Shown here piece after piece: positions 13,801-28,037 of a DNA stretch of 64,000 nt; position 1 is the first letter of the stretch, and every line of letters starts with the position of its first letter. This stretch comes from Lytechinus pictus. Lineage: Eukaryota. Under the pieces are notes generated by a model that was not told where the DNA came from, did not search any database, and saw only the letters and a program-made list of their open reading frames with translations. The position numbers and the translations under genes were made by a program. Location: NCBI RefSeq assembly GCF_037042905.1, contig NC_087251.1, forward strand, positions 19,656,001 to 19,720,000. Direction: 5' to 3'.

Positions 13801-16800
13801 TTCCCGGTCATCGAATTGTATGAGAGGGACCACGCATTTAATATGTACAATAAAAACCTGAATAAAACGATCAAAATTCTGCAATTGATCATGACCTGAT
13901 AAATAAAATTATAAATTTTATATACAATACATGGTTCTGGGCCACGTATTATACAGGGTGCGATATATTCAAATCAGTCCCGAATTGTTATTGTTCTAAA
14001 ATCCCTCTCTCTTTATTGAACAAATTTAATCGCGAGTTGAATTGGATTTGAATCTTTTGCAATTTATATTGTTGCGGATAGAGAATAGAGAACAGAGAAC
14101 AGAGGAATGAGAGAGAGAGAGAGAGAGAGAGGGAGAGGGGGGGGGGGTTGATGTATAGATAGAGATATGTGAGAGGGAGAGAAAGGAGAGGAAGGGGGTG
14201 GATGAAGGCAGAGGGTTTATATACATTTACACCTTCGTGATGTTTTTCTTTCATTTCTCATAAAGGAAAGTCAAATTTCTTTGTCAAAGATGTTGTTTGA
14301 AGAGCTCAACTTTTCTTTGCAAAACTGAAACAGACGAAATGAGGGATCGGAAAAAATAAACCAAATCCCGGTAGAATGAAGTAATAAGATAGGTAGAGGT
14401 GATACAACAATCTTACTTTTAATATGACATGCAAACGACATTCAACTCTTCTAAAAAAAAGTACGACAAACGTACCGTCTTCGAATTCATTTAGTTGATT
14501 ACTTTCATGGAAACAAAATCCGTAAAGATTTTCTTTGCATAGTATAATCAAGCGCAACCGTTCTGTTTTACTCTACTATAAAACAAAACAAAAAAATGAG
14601 AATAAAACGATTCTAAAAGCAGTCCGATTGATGGCGGTTGATGTCACAGGCAATAGCGCATCAGATGCGGTCCATTTGCACTTTGCTTTCTCTTTTCGCG
14701 TAATTCAGCACCGGGAACAAACAACAATTGGTTTAGTTTGTCTTTAGTCGTCCGGCCTTGAATGCTAGGATTTCATTTTAAACTTGAAAGCAGAAGAGGA
14801 TCCAGTAGAACAATCTTCGATTGGTGTATAGAATTGAGACGATTGTGGACTGTCGATGTGCGAGAATGCCGTTTGATGAACTAAGTCCCCCATTTCCCCC
14901 CGATGTTTGACATTGGTTTGTACTTTATGTCTGTGGTCATTCAGCTAATGACATGAGCTCTGTACCACATATGAAGTGTCTTAGTGCTTAGCTTATGATA
15001 CTATAAGCTTTTAGGCTGACTTAAAGCAGGCCTGTTCATTTTTTTAATTATTGCCTCATATATGAATATTATGCATTCATAATGATCTCGATTATTGTGA
15101 TCATTATTTTTAAAATGACTTCATGATAACTTTTCTTTTTCAAAGAGAAACTATAGAACAACTATTTTTATTTCCGAAAAAATAAATGCAACATACTGCA
15201 TCAATCATTAAAAACATTTCATTTTCTATAGAGCTTTGGAGGCATATATTGCCAGAAGAATCTCCGAACACTTAATTTAAACTGTTTGTTGTCAATGCAA
15301 AACTAATTGACCTCCCTCTTGCTTCAAGAAATCGACCACAAACGAGCTTGCCATTTTGATCATTTTTTTGTTAAGGAAATCAAAAGAAAGAAAGTGACGA
15401 TAAACCTTGCCAAGAAACAAGGAAGGTGATGAATTAACGGCTATCTAATCGACAAGATCGATAAAAGAACCCTGCTATTAGCGACAGTTTAAAAATACAA
15501 TGAGCAAAATACTTGGATAAGAGAGAAAGTGTTACAACAGTTTAAAAGGGTATATTGAACAATGATAGTGTATTCGTGTTCAAATCGATTAATTTAATGC
15601 GAGATAGCTTTCTTCTATTAAAGATGAAACCTAGCAAGTCAAATAACATGAAGAAGGATTAATATCAAGTGGCCCAAATAAAGAGTGCTTGAAATTGTAA
15701 CGTTTGAAGAATAAGTGTAAATAATAAATAGGGGCCTATACAAAGTGAAAGAGAGAGGGAGTGAGAGAAAGAGAGAAATAGTGAAATATAAGGGGGGTAT
15801 AGCAGTTGGATATGTTGGGTAAGGATGGTTATATTTTATGCAGAGTATAATGAAATGACGGTTGTTCTTTTAGAGAATTTAGAGTTTAAACAAATTTCAC
15901 GACAATTCAAACGATCGAATGTGCATCCTTTAAAGTCACATTCTTAATTCAATGCAAAATCACTTATCATTTGCAAGTTTTTATTCATTTACAAATACAA
16001 CGGGTCTTGTGTAAAACTAAAACAATTTCAAACAATCCTACTTGAATCTGAAAAATAATCTCGAAAGGTCCCTCAATGTGTTATGTAAAAATTCCGTTCT
16101 CTGATTTTGAAAAGCCTCATGATATTTTGAATTACTTAGTTTTGTTCTCATTATTCTTGTACTAAAAATGTTTGGATTTCCTACATTAATCCATCTTTCT
16201 CTCACTTCCCATTCCCCCCCCCCCGTCCCTCTGAGTCTCTTGTGCCGACTTTTACCTATATTCTTCATAATTTATTTCTGGTTCTGTTTTGTTTACATGC
16301 ATATATTCATATTTATTTACTCATTATTATTCATTATTTTTCAATGTGCAAATGACTGCTCATATCCTCGGATCCTGTATTTTTTAAATCTGTGTACATG
16401 CACATTACGTACGTATTTATCAATCAATTAATCAATCAATCAATCGATCAATCTATCCATCCATCCATCCATCTATCCATCCATACAACTTTCCATTTAT
16501 CTATATATATATCATCTATCTTTTTTTTCTTTCTATTTATCTATCTAGTTCGTGAGTGATGATGACTTGATGTATAGTTGTTATGATATTGCTATGATAG
16601 ACATGATCGCTAGCTCTTCCTGACTATGTGTGTTGTACATGTTGTAAGCAAGAGTATACTGTGTGCGAGGCTATATAAACTGGGTTCCAAAAATAAATTA
16701 GTTCATAACTGTGGCAATAAATGACGCGGAGATTCCATGAAGCAAATATCGATCGACAATAATTGGAAGAGATTATTCCTTTTGGGTATTTTGATGTCAA

Positions 16801-19800
16801 TCTTCATTTTGAAGACTAATTTGTGTTTTCTCAGTCTAAATTCTTCCATTCTTAGATCCGTGAGTGTCATGTTATAGAAGGATTTGGGGATGGTGTGTAC
16901 CGACCACCACTCATCTTGAAAGCCTTATTGTTTCACAGACTCCAATTCCATTGAGATAATTCAGAGCATCTTTTCTTAATAATTCTATTGTACGAAGAGC
17001 CATCAATCAAGCTAATAAAATGGTAAATAAAATTGCATTTTAGCAGTCACCCCTGTCAATAAGAGAGAAACAACTGTGGGGAAACCTTGTAATTCGAAAG
17101 CTAATTCGGTGTCAGAGTCCTCGCTTTGGTCTACGTTATCCAGTTAAAATCACCTTAACCATATTATAGGGAACGGGATTATGCAAATTAGAGACACAAC
17201 TGTCTTTTTGGGTGGCTTAAATCCGCGCTTGCGCCGGCGCTTGCTATAAGTCTGATTCGGATAGAGCGCTTATTTGAAAAAAAAAGGTGAAAATTTGGCG
17301 CCTTGTAGTATACTCGAGTTAAAAAAAAACCTCGCTTCTCATCACCACTTCTTTCTCTTCGGATTTTACCAACTCTGGAGTCCAACTCCAGCCGTGCCCC
17401 GCGGATAAGTTACCATCTACGCCACGCTCCCTAACCCGATCGCAGCCCGCCAGTGTGATGTCACACTACCATTATCCAGCAGCAACTCGACCTGCCAAAA
17501 TTGACAATCGACGTAATAAGACAACAAAAGGATTCCATTAATTCGGCCATTTACCGTGGCCTATAAATTGAATTAACTGCGGCAGAGATAGCCGTGGTGA
17601 TATTTTCTCAATTTCCCCAAGTGAAACTCTTGGCGGTTTTTCTAGCGATGGAAAAAGGGTCCTGGGATGCGTTTGTTTAATGTCTCCCTTTTCCTCTCAT
17701 ACTGTCTATCTTAACTCTTGCCTTTTTTTTAAAGCATTCTCGCATTTCACTGGCGAGCCATTTATTCTTCATCTATAGCCGCCTTCATGTGGCTATTATA
17801 GACGAATTAGCAAAGCCCAAGGTAGCAGGAACGAGACAGCGTTGAGCAATAACCATGCATGCCTCGCTCTCCCCGGGGTCGTTCCCCATCGCATCGCTCT
17901 CGTTCGCCCGGTAGAACCCGTCCCTCTCTTCACTGGAAAACAAACACCGCTCGCTACAGAAAACAACATCCCATACATTACATTTCCCTCTGACATACAT
18001 TTTCAGGAGATAAAAACATGAATATCTATGAAGTGTGAGTAACGATCTGTTGGGTTAGTTTGCCAATGTAATGCACCGCTTCTCCAATTTTTACAGTACA
18101 ATACAGGCATGCGTAATATGAAGAGTACACATTTTTTGCCTATCAGTTTATAAAAGAAACAAACTACGTTACACGGTCGATTTAAAGCCCATGTTTGCCT
18201 GTTCTCATTTGGTCTGCTGAAATGAAGCCACTTTTAGGCGATCCGATACCGCGGCTTGTAGTCATCTCATTGTAGGGGTAATTTTACCTTCCGATTTGAT
18301 AGTTTACCTACCATTTTAACGTATTCTCTGGTGAGTTTTAAAACGACAAGGTACCTTCAATTAGTGTCATATAGCTGGCGATTGATCGCTTACTAAAATG
18401 AGCAAACATATTTGAGATTTGGTAGAGGGACGGCTGTTTCGGTGCAAGGGGGAATCTCTACGAGATAATCTACCTACTCTTGAGACCATACATACGCCGA
18501 TGCTTAGGCATCCGTGCACCTGTACTCAACTCTTCCTGCGATAGAATGGATGCTTAATGTAAGAAGAGACCAAATAGGCACCACCAAGAAGTGCAGGTGG
18601 CCTGCTATAATTGCCAAATTTCTTGACCTGAAAAATGGCATGATAATGAAGCTAGAGCGACGACATGCATGACCATGTTTCATAAGTGAATAGAACTCAA
18701 ACTTACCTGAATGATATTGGAAGGCAACCTTGCTGACGACAAACCACAAATCAAAATAAAAAAAATAAGAATTCTGTCATGTCCATAAAAACGCTCGGGG
18801 AAAATAAAATCACACATTTCTTCCTACGATAAGCTAATGTTTACATAATTGTCATCTTCAGTGTTTTTTTTTCTCGTGATTTCTGTTTATACCATGTAAA
18901 TGATTCTCGCTCTCATCTTCAAATAATTAAATAAAATCATTTAGGCCTACATTCAATTTATCAATTAAGTAATGACCTCGCGTCGTGTTAAAAGGGCAAA
19001 GAAAATGTCGCAAGATATGTTGTTTATGCTAGGAGGTCCATGGTTTACACAAGCAGCTAACGAACGTAGCCATTTAATGTATAGAACTTTTAGTAATTAC
19101 GCCAAATGATGCTCACACAAAATAGGCCAATGACGGGGGCTCATTAGGAATTTACCGTGCATTTATTATTTATCAACATTCTCAACAGGAACAAGGATTC
19201 TCATTTTTTTTCAAGAGCAGACAACTCTCAAAATATATTTGTTCCTTCTGGAAACTGTAGCAGGCGCAGGTCCGGGGGAGTCACTTGCCTCCCTTTTTGC
19301 CCCCAAAGTTGGACACATACATTATTTAATACCCACTCTTTTGCCCTTTTAAACGCGATGTAAAATATGTCCCTTTTCATGAAGACCTCCCTTCTTTGCT
19401 TGTCGAAAAATGCCGCAAAAATAGCCCCCACCCCCATAATAAAATCTTGTTTCCACGCCCCTTGTTAGCTTGTTAATATTTTCTGGCTTTTCCTGTTTGC
19501 CCGCATTTCTTCACTCCCATAATATTATGTGTTAAAACAAACTATTACATGATCACGATCTCTCTTCTGAAAATTAGTATGTGTTCATAAAATAGGAGTA
19601 TAAACTCACTTCCAAGAGACTATATTAGTATTAAAAATTTTTGTTATGTGAGGAAATAGCTAAATACCATGGCAACCAGCACAATCTAGTTCAAACTAAC
19701 TTCTACTAGTTATTACCAGAATTCTGCTGAATGTGGTACTTATAAAAGTATTTTAAAAGTCTTTAAAATGAACTGTATTTTCAAATTATTAATACTCAAT

Positions 19801-22334
19801 TTCTACTAGCTTAAAAAAAAAATCTAGTCATTTATTTTCCGGGATTCAGCAGGAACTCTGACTTCAACCTTAATGATTTTTTATATTACATTCGGAATAG
19901 TGTCATAATGTCACATAAAAAAATCGAAACCGACGGATGATTTGTAATAATTTTGGTTCTCATAAAGAATGTCACCTCATGTGAAATGTGAAATTGGAGT
20001 CATTTTTAAAAAGAACGCGGCAATTTTTTATTATCGTTCTCAAATAGCACAATAATGACAAAAAAGAAAATGATATATGAAATTGGGATTTTTTCTTCGT
20101 TTAAGTATAAGACACATTATTATGTCTTTGTCATCCTACGAATTTATTAGTTCTGGAAACGGAGAAGAGTAATATCGAAAATGATTTTTTTAAATTGTAT
20201 TTGCAAACAAATTTAAATTAAATATATAAAAGAACAGAAATAAATGTATTTCACGTATGAACCAATTTACGTAAGAAAAGACGGAATCATATTGATAAAC
20301 GGGTAATGCAATGAAAACAACCGCATTGCTTGGTCACAATGCTGTAACTATCGGTGGCGTAACGAGACAAATGTTTTAGGGGATGGGATTGGAGGTTAGT
20401 GTAATAATTCTGACAATATCCCAGAGAGCGAGCTCCCAGTTCGACATTATTTTTTTAATCGTTTGTAAGTGTTAAATTTGTAAAAATCAAATCGACTAAA
20501 TCTAGTTGAAAGTTACGATTCTGAATATTATATTCAATGTACTACATGTATATATTTGTTTGTTTATTTTGGTTTATATATTAATCTATTTAGTCATTTA
20601 CTCGTCGTTTAATGTTTATTGATTTTATTCTTTATTCATTCATTATTTTCATTATTATCATTTTTGGAGGGGAGGGGTGTCCAGCACCTCCCCCGAGAAT
20701 ACCAGAAAAACTGCCCCAGTTTTGAAATAATCAAATTACGTTCAGCGCATAATGAATTTTATCCCGTCAGCATCATTTGATGTTGTTTACTGTCATTGAA
20801 ACTAAAAGCTTTATTACGAATACCCTTTTTTCCAAACAAACTGTAGACGGTTAATGGATTTCAATCATGGTATTTACTTTCGAAGTCAACAGGCAACATA
20901 CACGGGCCTTGGATTATGTTATAAATGTGGCTAGACAAGTAAATTAAAGCATGGAGCTATTAGAGATACACTCTATAACGTAAAATACTGAGCGATGAGA
21001 TTGTATATTTTGATGAGCTCGCTTTTAAATATAATCTATATGTAGGAGAAAATACACATTTCCTAGGATTTTCATGATTCGATTGTGTGTTTTTTTTTTT
21101 AAATAAGTATAGTTACTTATGTGGATCCGAATAATCCGATCGGGATTCTGATACATCACTTAAAAAAGAACGTTTTATTCATTTGGTGTTATTGAATTCA
21201 AAAGAACTCAAGTCTAAAATACAAAAACAAGCATGATGGGCTTTTTGTTAATATTTATTTTTAAAATATATTAAACAACGAATTCTTCTTTAATGCATGC
21301 TTGAAATATACTTGGAATTCTAGTTACAAGTCATGAGAACAAGAGTAAATATTTCCACCTCAATTATTGCGAACAATAACTTCAGTTGAAGTTTACTTAT
21401 TTCACAATATAAAATTCAAGAGAAATAAAAAAGAATGGGACAACCCACTAAAAGTTATCTCATAAAATGGTTTTGGCAATAAAGACCATTATACATCATG
21501 ATTAAGAATAACTTTCATAATCCATGATACACTTTTTTTCTTTTGCATTTGCCTTAAGTTATATTTTCCTTTCCAAAAAGCCTTAGACTATTTGTTGTTG
21601 AACTCATTCTTTTTTTCTGGTGGACGTTCTTTTTTCCCGGAAATTATCACACAGTTTAAGATAAAAACTGTTTTGCATCACACATATTTCCTAAATGTTA
21701 ATTACTTCTGTGATGGATTCGGGGATTATACATGTTGCGTTATTTTACCACATGCAGAGCGTCCTTTTAAGTGAATGAAAATAATTCGTTTCCGTGATCA
21801 AGAGTTTTGCTAGTTCAATATATAGCAGATCTCTTCTCCAAATATTTGTTGCAAATCCAAGCAAGGTTTCATCGAAAGATAAACGCACGTAAAGAAAATC
21901 AAGCGAATGATGCGAAGTACAGAGGAAAGCCCAGTCTTATTGTATATGCATGTAGTTATCTCCAGACCGGAAACAAACATTAATCTTTAGATAATTGTTA
22001 CGTAACGGGGCACCTAGATTTATCATTGATTGGCAACCTTTCTACACGATGGGCGATCACTCACATTCCATATCATCTTGACGTGTTGAAATACTGAAAG
22101 TGACAACCGAGCTTAGTTGAACTGTCAACTTTGAATTTCAACCACTGACGTAAAACTGTTCTAATAATGAACATGTGAGGGCGCTGGTTAGATTCTCTCA
22201 AAAGAGTGCTCTGACTGCAAAGTGTCTTCACAGAGATATACACATTCCAAACATAAGTATAAAGAGTAACAATGAAACTGCATGACAATTTTGTCTGGAT
22301 GTTTGGCTTAAACTCATGTATTTACACGATTTAA

Positions 22335-22962
22335 AGGGATAGTCCGGGCTGAAAATATTTATATTTAAATAAATAGAGTAAAATTCACAAAGCAAAATGC
22401 TAAAAAAATCATAAAATTTGAAATAATGAATTTATTGAATTTTAAAGTTTATCAATATTTTGTGAAAACAGTTATATGCACATCGTATGAATATTCATTA
22501 GGTGGGCTGGTGATGTCATATCCCCACTTTCCTTTTTCTTATGTTATTACATGAAATCATAATTGTTTCATCTTTTCATACATGTGTAAATGATGTGTCT
22601 CCATTACGATGAAATAAGTGGCGGCAATAAATAACTAATGCACTTAATCAGTTGTCAATCCAATTGGTTTAGTTCTTGGTAAAATATTTTGAATAAACTT
22701 TATTTCATATAACAAAATACAAAAGAACAAGTGGGGATATGAAATAATGAGCCCACCTGATGAATATTCATAAAGACATGACTAGAACTGTTTCACCAGA
22801 ATAATGCAAATCTTTAAAGTTCAATAACTTCGTTATTTATTATTTATTAATTTTCCCTATGATCATATTTGTTATCTGATTTTGATCAAATTTTCAGCAT
22901 TTTGCTTTGTGAATTATACTATATTTATTGAGATTTAAACATCTCCAGTCTGGACCATCCCT
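22335..22962. mobile_element. Kolobok-like MITE (TTAA TSD, AGG termini, long TIRs)
   Basis: TTAA|AGGGATAGTCCGGGCTG ... CAGTCTGGACCATCCCT|TTAA with imperfect inverted arms of ~200 bp or more. Same family at 47572 and 61149. Superfamily inferred from the TTAA TSD plus purine-purine termini. Confidence 0.8.
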
Positions 22963-22966
22963 TTAA

Positions 22967-23330
22967 CGTCTTCATCTTTATCATCATCACCATCATGATC
23001 AACAGCATCATCTACGTTCCATATGAAATATTGTCATGATTACTATCATGACTATATTATTATTATTATCATTATCATCGTTATTATTATCATTATTCTT
23101 ATTATCATTATCATTATTATCGTTATTATCATTGCTATTATCGTTATTATTATTTTTGGTATTATCATAATTATTTTTATAATTATTGTTATCATCGTTT
23201 TCTTTTTTTTTAATTATTTTTACTAGGACTTGTCATCAGTATTATTATCCTAATAATTACCATTATTTTCCATATCATTTCCTTCATTATAATAATCATC
23301 ATCAGCACCACCATTATCATTGCAGTTTTT
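22967..23330. repeat. Degenerate (ATT/ATC)n low-complexity tract
   Basis: Runs of att/atc/cat triplets; the source of the poly-Ile ORF 23023-23226. Confidence 0.9.
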
Positions 23331-23689
23331 ACGATTGTTATTAAGATCAAATTCTGTTTAGTTAAGGCAGTTTCGATTTATTAGATAGACATTTCTTTAT
23401 GACGACTAGCATAATTATATCGAACTGGATGTTAATGTTCAATTAAAAAAAAGTTTAATTTTCAGTTCAGGGACTTTATCAACTTAAAAGTACACTATAC
23501 TCAGTCCTTTTTTTTTGTTTCATTCAATCAATTTTCAATTCCTAACTTTGTTATTCTCCACACGATCAATTCCAATTCTGTTTCTCCGCTCATCTCGCCA
23601 TGTCAAAGCAATCGTTACCAAGAGGTGGCGCTAGACCATTGTTAGAACGATATTGAATTTAGCTGTCTTGTTTTGGAACTAGTAGAAGT

Positions 23690-24700
23690 CAGGCGCGGAT
23701 CCATGATTTTTGTTTAGGGTGCGTTGTGTCCCAAACACATTTTACAAGCCCCCCCCCCCAAGAAAAAAGGTCACAACTAAAAAAAAAATGACAAGAAAAA
23801 ACAACCTCCCCCCCCCAAAAAAAAAAAAAAAAATCATCACTCAAAAGATAGAGGAGGGAAGGGCTTGGTCGCCGGAACAAAATTAACAAGGAAAAAAAAA
23901 AAAAAAACCAAACAAACAAATATTAAAACAGCAAACAGCTTATCAATCATTTCTACGGGGTGTGCCTGGACCAGCGCCTGGTAGTAGTTGTTGTTGCTCT
24001 TGTAGTAAAAGTAGTAGAAGAGTAGAAGTAGAAGTAGAAGAAGAAGAAGAAGTAGCAGTGGTATAGTAGCAGTAGTAGTAGTAGTCACTAGCGGATCCAG
24101 GGGGAGGGGCACAGCCTGCCCATGCCCCCTGCAAAAATGCCGTTAAAACAGAAGTGTGCTCCCTTTTGAAAGTGAAGACCTTTTTTTTTGCTTATCAATT
24201 TTTTTTGGGGACGAAATAACCTTATTTTTTGGTTAAAACCCTTTTTTCTTCTGCTTGTCAAATTTTAAATCGGGAAAATTTGCCCCCCCCCCCTTCGAAA
24301 AATTATGGATCCGCCCCTGGTAGTAGTAGTAAAAGTGAAAGTAGTATGTATGTAAGAAGGTATTTCTTAAGAAGAAGAAGTAGCAGTAGTAGTAGTCCCT
24401 GGCGGATCCAGAGGGGGGGGGGGGGGGGCACAGCCAGCCTATGCCCCCCCCCCCCCTTTGCAAAAATGCCGTTAAAACAGAAGTGCACTCCCCTTTTGAA
24501 AGTGAAGACTTTTTTTTTTGCTTGTCATTTTTTTTTCGTGGACGAAATAACCTTCATTTTTGGTTAAAACTCTTTTTTTTTCTTCTGCTTGTCAAATTTT
24601 AAATCGGGAAAATGTGCCCACCTCCCTTAGAAAAATTATGGATCCGCCCCTGGTAGTAGTAGTAAAAGTAAAAGTAGTATGTATGTAGGTAGGTATGTCT
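23690..24700. mobile_element. Cluster of three hAT-like MITEs (GCGGATCC termini) in a (GTA)n tract; the last two form a ~320-bp tandem duplication
   Basis: Elements at ~23690-23980, 24087-24319 and 24397-24652 have ends C(A/C)N(A/G)GCGGATCC...GGATCCGCCCCTG and gtagtagt-like flanks. The last two share the downstream flank gtagtagtagtaaaagt(g/a)aaagtagtatgtatgta. Confidence 0.8.
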
Positions 24701-25079
24701 TAGAATTGAACAAAACGAGAAAAAAACGAAGAAAACATCTACACTTCCATGACTTAAAAAGCCAGGGCCTATATTCAATTTCAATGATATATTTTGTAAG
24801 TATTTCACTTAATAATTTACTTGGCAAAACAAAATACCTAAAGTCGTATTCAGATCATATATAAATATTTGACTCGTTCAAGCCAAATTTAAGCAAAAGA
24901 TTTACTAAAAAAACCGTTATGACGTTTGAGCCCATGACAATGTCAATGAATTTATTTGACCCGTGTTATTCATACTCGGGTTTTGGAGGCACTTTCATGA
25001 AAACTTTAATTGGTAATATTATTTTGCATTTTAAATATTTACAGACTATTTACAAAACTATCATAACGAATATCTACAC

Positions 25080-25295
25080 AAAAGAAGAGAGAGAAAGAAA
25101 ATAAGAAGATGGAGGAGGAGAAAAAAGAAGTAGAAGATGATAATAATGAAGAAGAAGAAGAAGAAGAAAAAGGAAAACAAGAAGAAGGAGAAGAAGGAGA
25201 AGAGAAAGAAGGAGGAGAGGAAGAAGAAGAAGCAACAAAGGCACAGATAAATCGGATACTAAGCAAACGTGATAATAAAAAAAGAAGGTAAGAGA
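25080..25295. repeat. (GAA/GGA)n purine-rich low-complexity tract
   Basis: gaagaagaag/gaggag runs; the source of the poly-Glu and poly-Leu/Ser ORFs. Confidence 0.9.
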
Positions 25296-26880
25296 AAAAG
25301 ACAACACAAGGAAAGTTTATTCCACGGGTTTAAGCATTCATTTAAATGAATTAAACATTTGTACAGTTTTTAGTAGAATTATTTAAATACATAAAAACAA
25401 CAAAGAGAGATAAAGATGGAGAAAGAGCACACTGATTAGAAAAAAAAGAACACTACACTGTATATCTATCGAAAACAATTCATTATCATATATGATAACC
25501 ATTTACAAGGTTTAATAAACCCGGGGTTTAAACGACTTTTGCGGCTGGTAGTATTTATGAGTTGATTCATTTTGAATAAGCCGGGTCTCTTAATAAAATA
25601 TTTTTTGAGGAGTACTTTCCTTTCTTTTTAAAAAAGGGACATTGAAATAAATAATGAATTCATCTCAGATAACTTCAATAATATTATAAAAAGTACATAC
25701 CCTATGTTCCGTGGAATATTCGAATACCTATACCGTACACAATTGGGAGTATATGATTACCACATTCGTTCACGTTTAGGAAGTTAATTCAAGTATTTTC
25801 AAAGTGGAGATTTTGTTTGAATATTCGATAAGTTTTCGAATGTGAGTTTTCAAATATCTCAGACAATAATTTCTGTTAGTAAATGTCATTCAGCATGTTC
25901 AGACGTCGGTCTACTGCACCTTTGATCCACTTGCAACTAGTGTTCTTACAAGCATTCTAAAAATTACTCATTCCGATTTTTTTTCAATTTGATCTTTTCT
26001 TATTATAACCACGGAGAATGGTACAATTTGTGCTCAAATAACAATTTTATCATGATATATACTTTACCAGAAAGTTTTTCATGACCACTATGAACAAGGT
26101 GACACCAGGAGTTAATCATTCGACTTTTCTATATACTTTTCTATTTTATGTCTCCCCAGCTTGCCAAGAATCATAATTTGCAGTTGTATTGTTCACATTT
26201 AAAATCTGTTTACGAAATTTCATGTGAAATGTTTCTAAATCATTTACCACATTAACCCACAAATCTAACTTTCATAAAGCAAATTTGCTAAGACGAGTTG
26301 ATCAAACAAGTTTAAAAGGATATCAATAGGCAGATCTAGATGATTAGATTTGTAAAATAGCCTTAAAACGGACATACTGAAGCTTTTCTTCATGCACTCA
26401 TCGGAGTAAAATCGCATGAATAAAACGCTAGAGCAAAACAATATGTAATAGAACCGAAACTAGACAATGGACGCTAAATGGCGAGCCGTGATTGGCTGTC
26501 AAAGTAAACAAGTTAGGCTTTATGGTACCAGCCGTAATTGAAGCGAAGCAACTAAAACAACGCAAGGGTTCTTACGAACTCCTTCTGATAAGATTTGGAT
26601 AAAAAACTATACAGCACTCTTCTAGCTTGAAAGACCTGTTTTGATTGTGCCTTTATTATTGAAAAGTAGTGCCCAGATAAACATAATGTATGACTTCGCG
26701 TATCACGTTTGTAAACTGCACGCAAGCCAAACTTAATTTCGGTATATAGGCGGCTGACTTAGATTTAAGCAAATTACTGTGATTAAAATGCAATTGAATA
26801 CCAAAGATGGATAGGTATTTTACTGAAGCAAAATACTTTACTTAAAATTCTGGCTTAAGTATCGAATTGAGTACCAGCCC

Positions 26881-27992
26881 GCGAAATTAGTTTTCCCACC
26901 GCAATTGTGGAAGCCAATATGAATATTCATGACTATAAGAGTGCGCATAAAATTAATTGTCAGTGGTCGTCGTTAACGTTAGCGTGCCGTTGCCACACAA
27001 AAAAAAACAATCCAGCACCCTCAAATTACCAGTACCCTTACATTAGTTACATAGGCCTTATAGGCTTAGATCTATATCTAGATCCAATTCTTAAACACTT
27101 ATCAAACTGCCATTAATGACAAGACAAAATGCTAGACTATGGCTAGCCTAGGCTAGCGCAGTAACTTTATCTCAAATTTGGACCAGTCTAATGCAGACTA
27201 ATGCCATGGTTAACTTCGAAATGGTTAATTCCAAACTTTTCTTTTAATTTGGTTAGACCAATTAGCTTATAGTAGCCTCCAATAGGTCTAGACCGTATAC
27301 AGAACTAGTCCTAGATCTAAATAGATTTAACTTAGATATAGTCTAGTCTCCAGACCTTGATAGACTCTGATCTACGCTGTATCAGCATGGAACGTATTCA
27401 AACATCAGGCACAGTGAGCAGAACATGCACGTAAACTGTCTAGATCTATGTTCAACGTACGGCTCTGCATTATATTGTAATCGCAGAGTAAACTCTCGAT
27501 CTTCATCCCCGTCTTGATCAACAAAATATGATAGATCGATCGGCAATTGTGTTACTAGAATCTAGATCTAGTTCTATATACGGACTAGACCTGTTAAACC
27601 AAGGCGACCAAGCTCATTGGTCTAAGGTAAAGTTTGGAATTAACCAATTCTAAGTTAACCATGGCACTAGTCAGCCGCTGGCATTATATAGACAGGTCCA
27701 GATTTGAGATAAAGTTATATGCGCTAGCCTAGGCTAGCCATAGCCTAGCCTAGCATTTTTCCTGTCATTAATGGCAAGTTGATAAGTGTTTAAGAATTGA
27801 ATCTATATAAGATCTAAGCCTATAAGGCCAATATAAGGGTACCGGCATTTTAAAGGTGCTGATTGATTCATGGCAACGCGAACGACCACAACTTTGTAAC
27901 TAGTCCACGCGCATGCGTACTCTTATTCTGAAGACCCAAGTCATGAATATTCATATTGGCTTCCACAACTGCGGTGGGACAAATAATTTCGC
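26881..27992. mobile_element. Foldback element with ~440-bp imperfect inverted arms
   Basis: gcgaaattagttttcccaccgcaattgtggaagccaatatgaatattcatgact (26881) is mirrored at 27940-27992. The arms can be followed inward to ~27320 and ~27560. Confidence 0.85.
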
Positions 27993-28037
27993 TACCGGTC
28001 CAGGAGTACATACATACAGCCGGCAAACCACGATAAT

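Noticed and set aside
5200..19200. Known microRNA hairpins or homeobox exons
   Set aside because: By eye I found no match to conserved deuterostome miRNA mature sequences I recall and no homeodomain-coding frame. A miRBase/Rfam search would be needed to exclude them formally.
23023..25307. Poly-Ile, poly-Leu, poly-Ser and poly-Glu ORFs resembling membrane or acidic proteins
   Set aside because: They are translations of trinucleotide microsatellites and MITE homopolymers.
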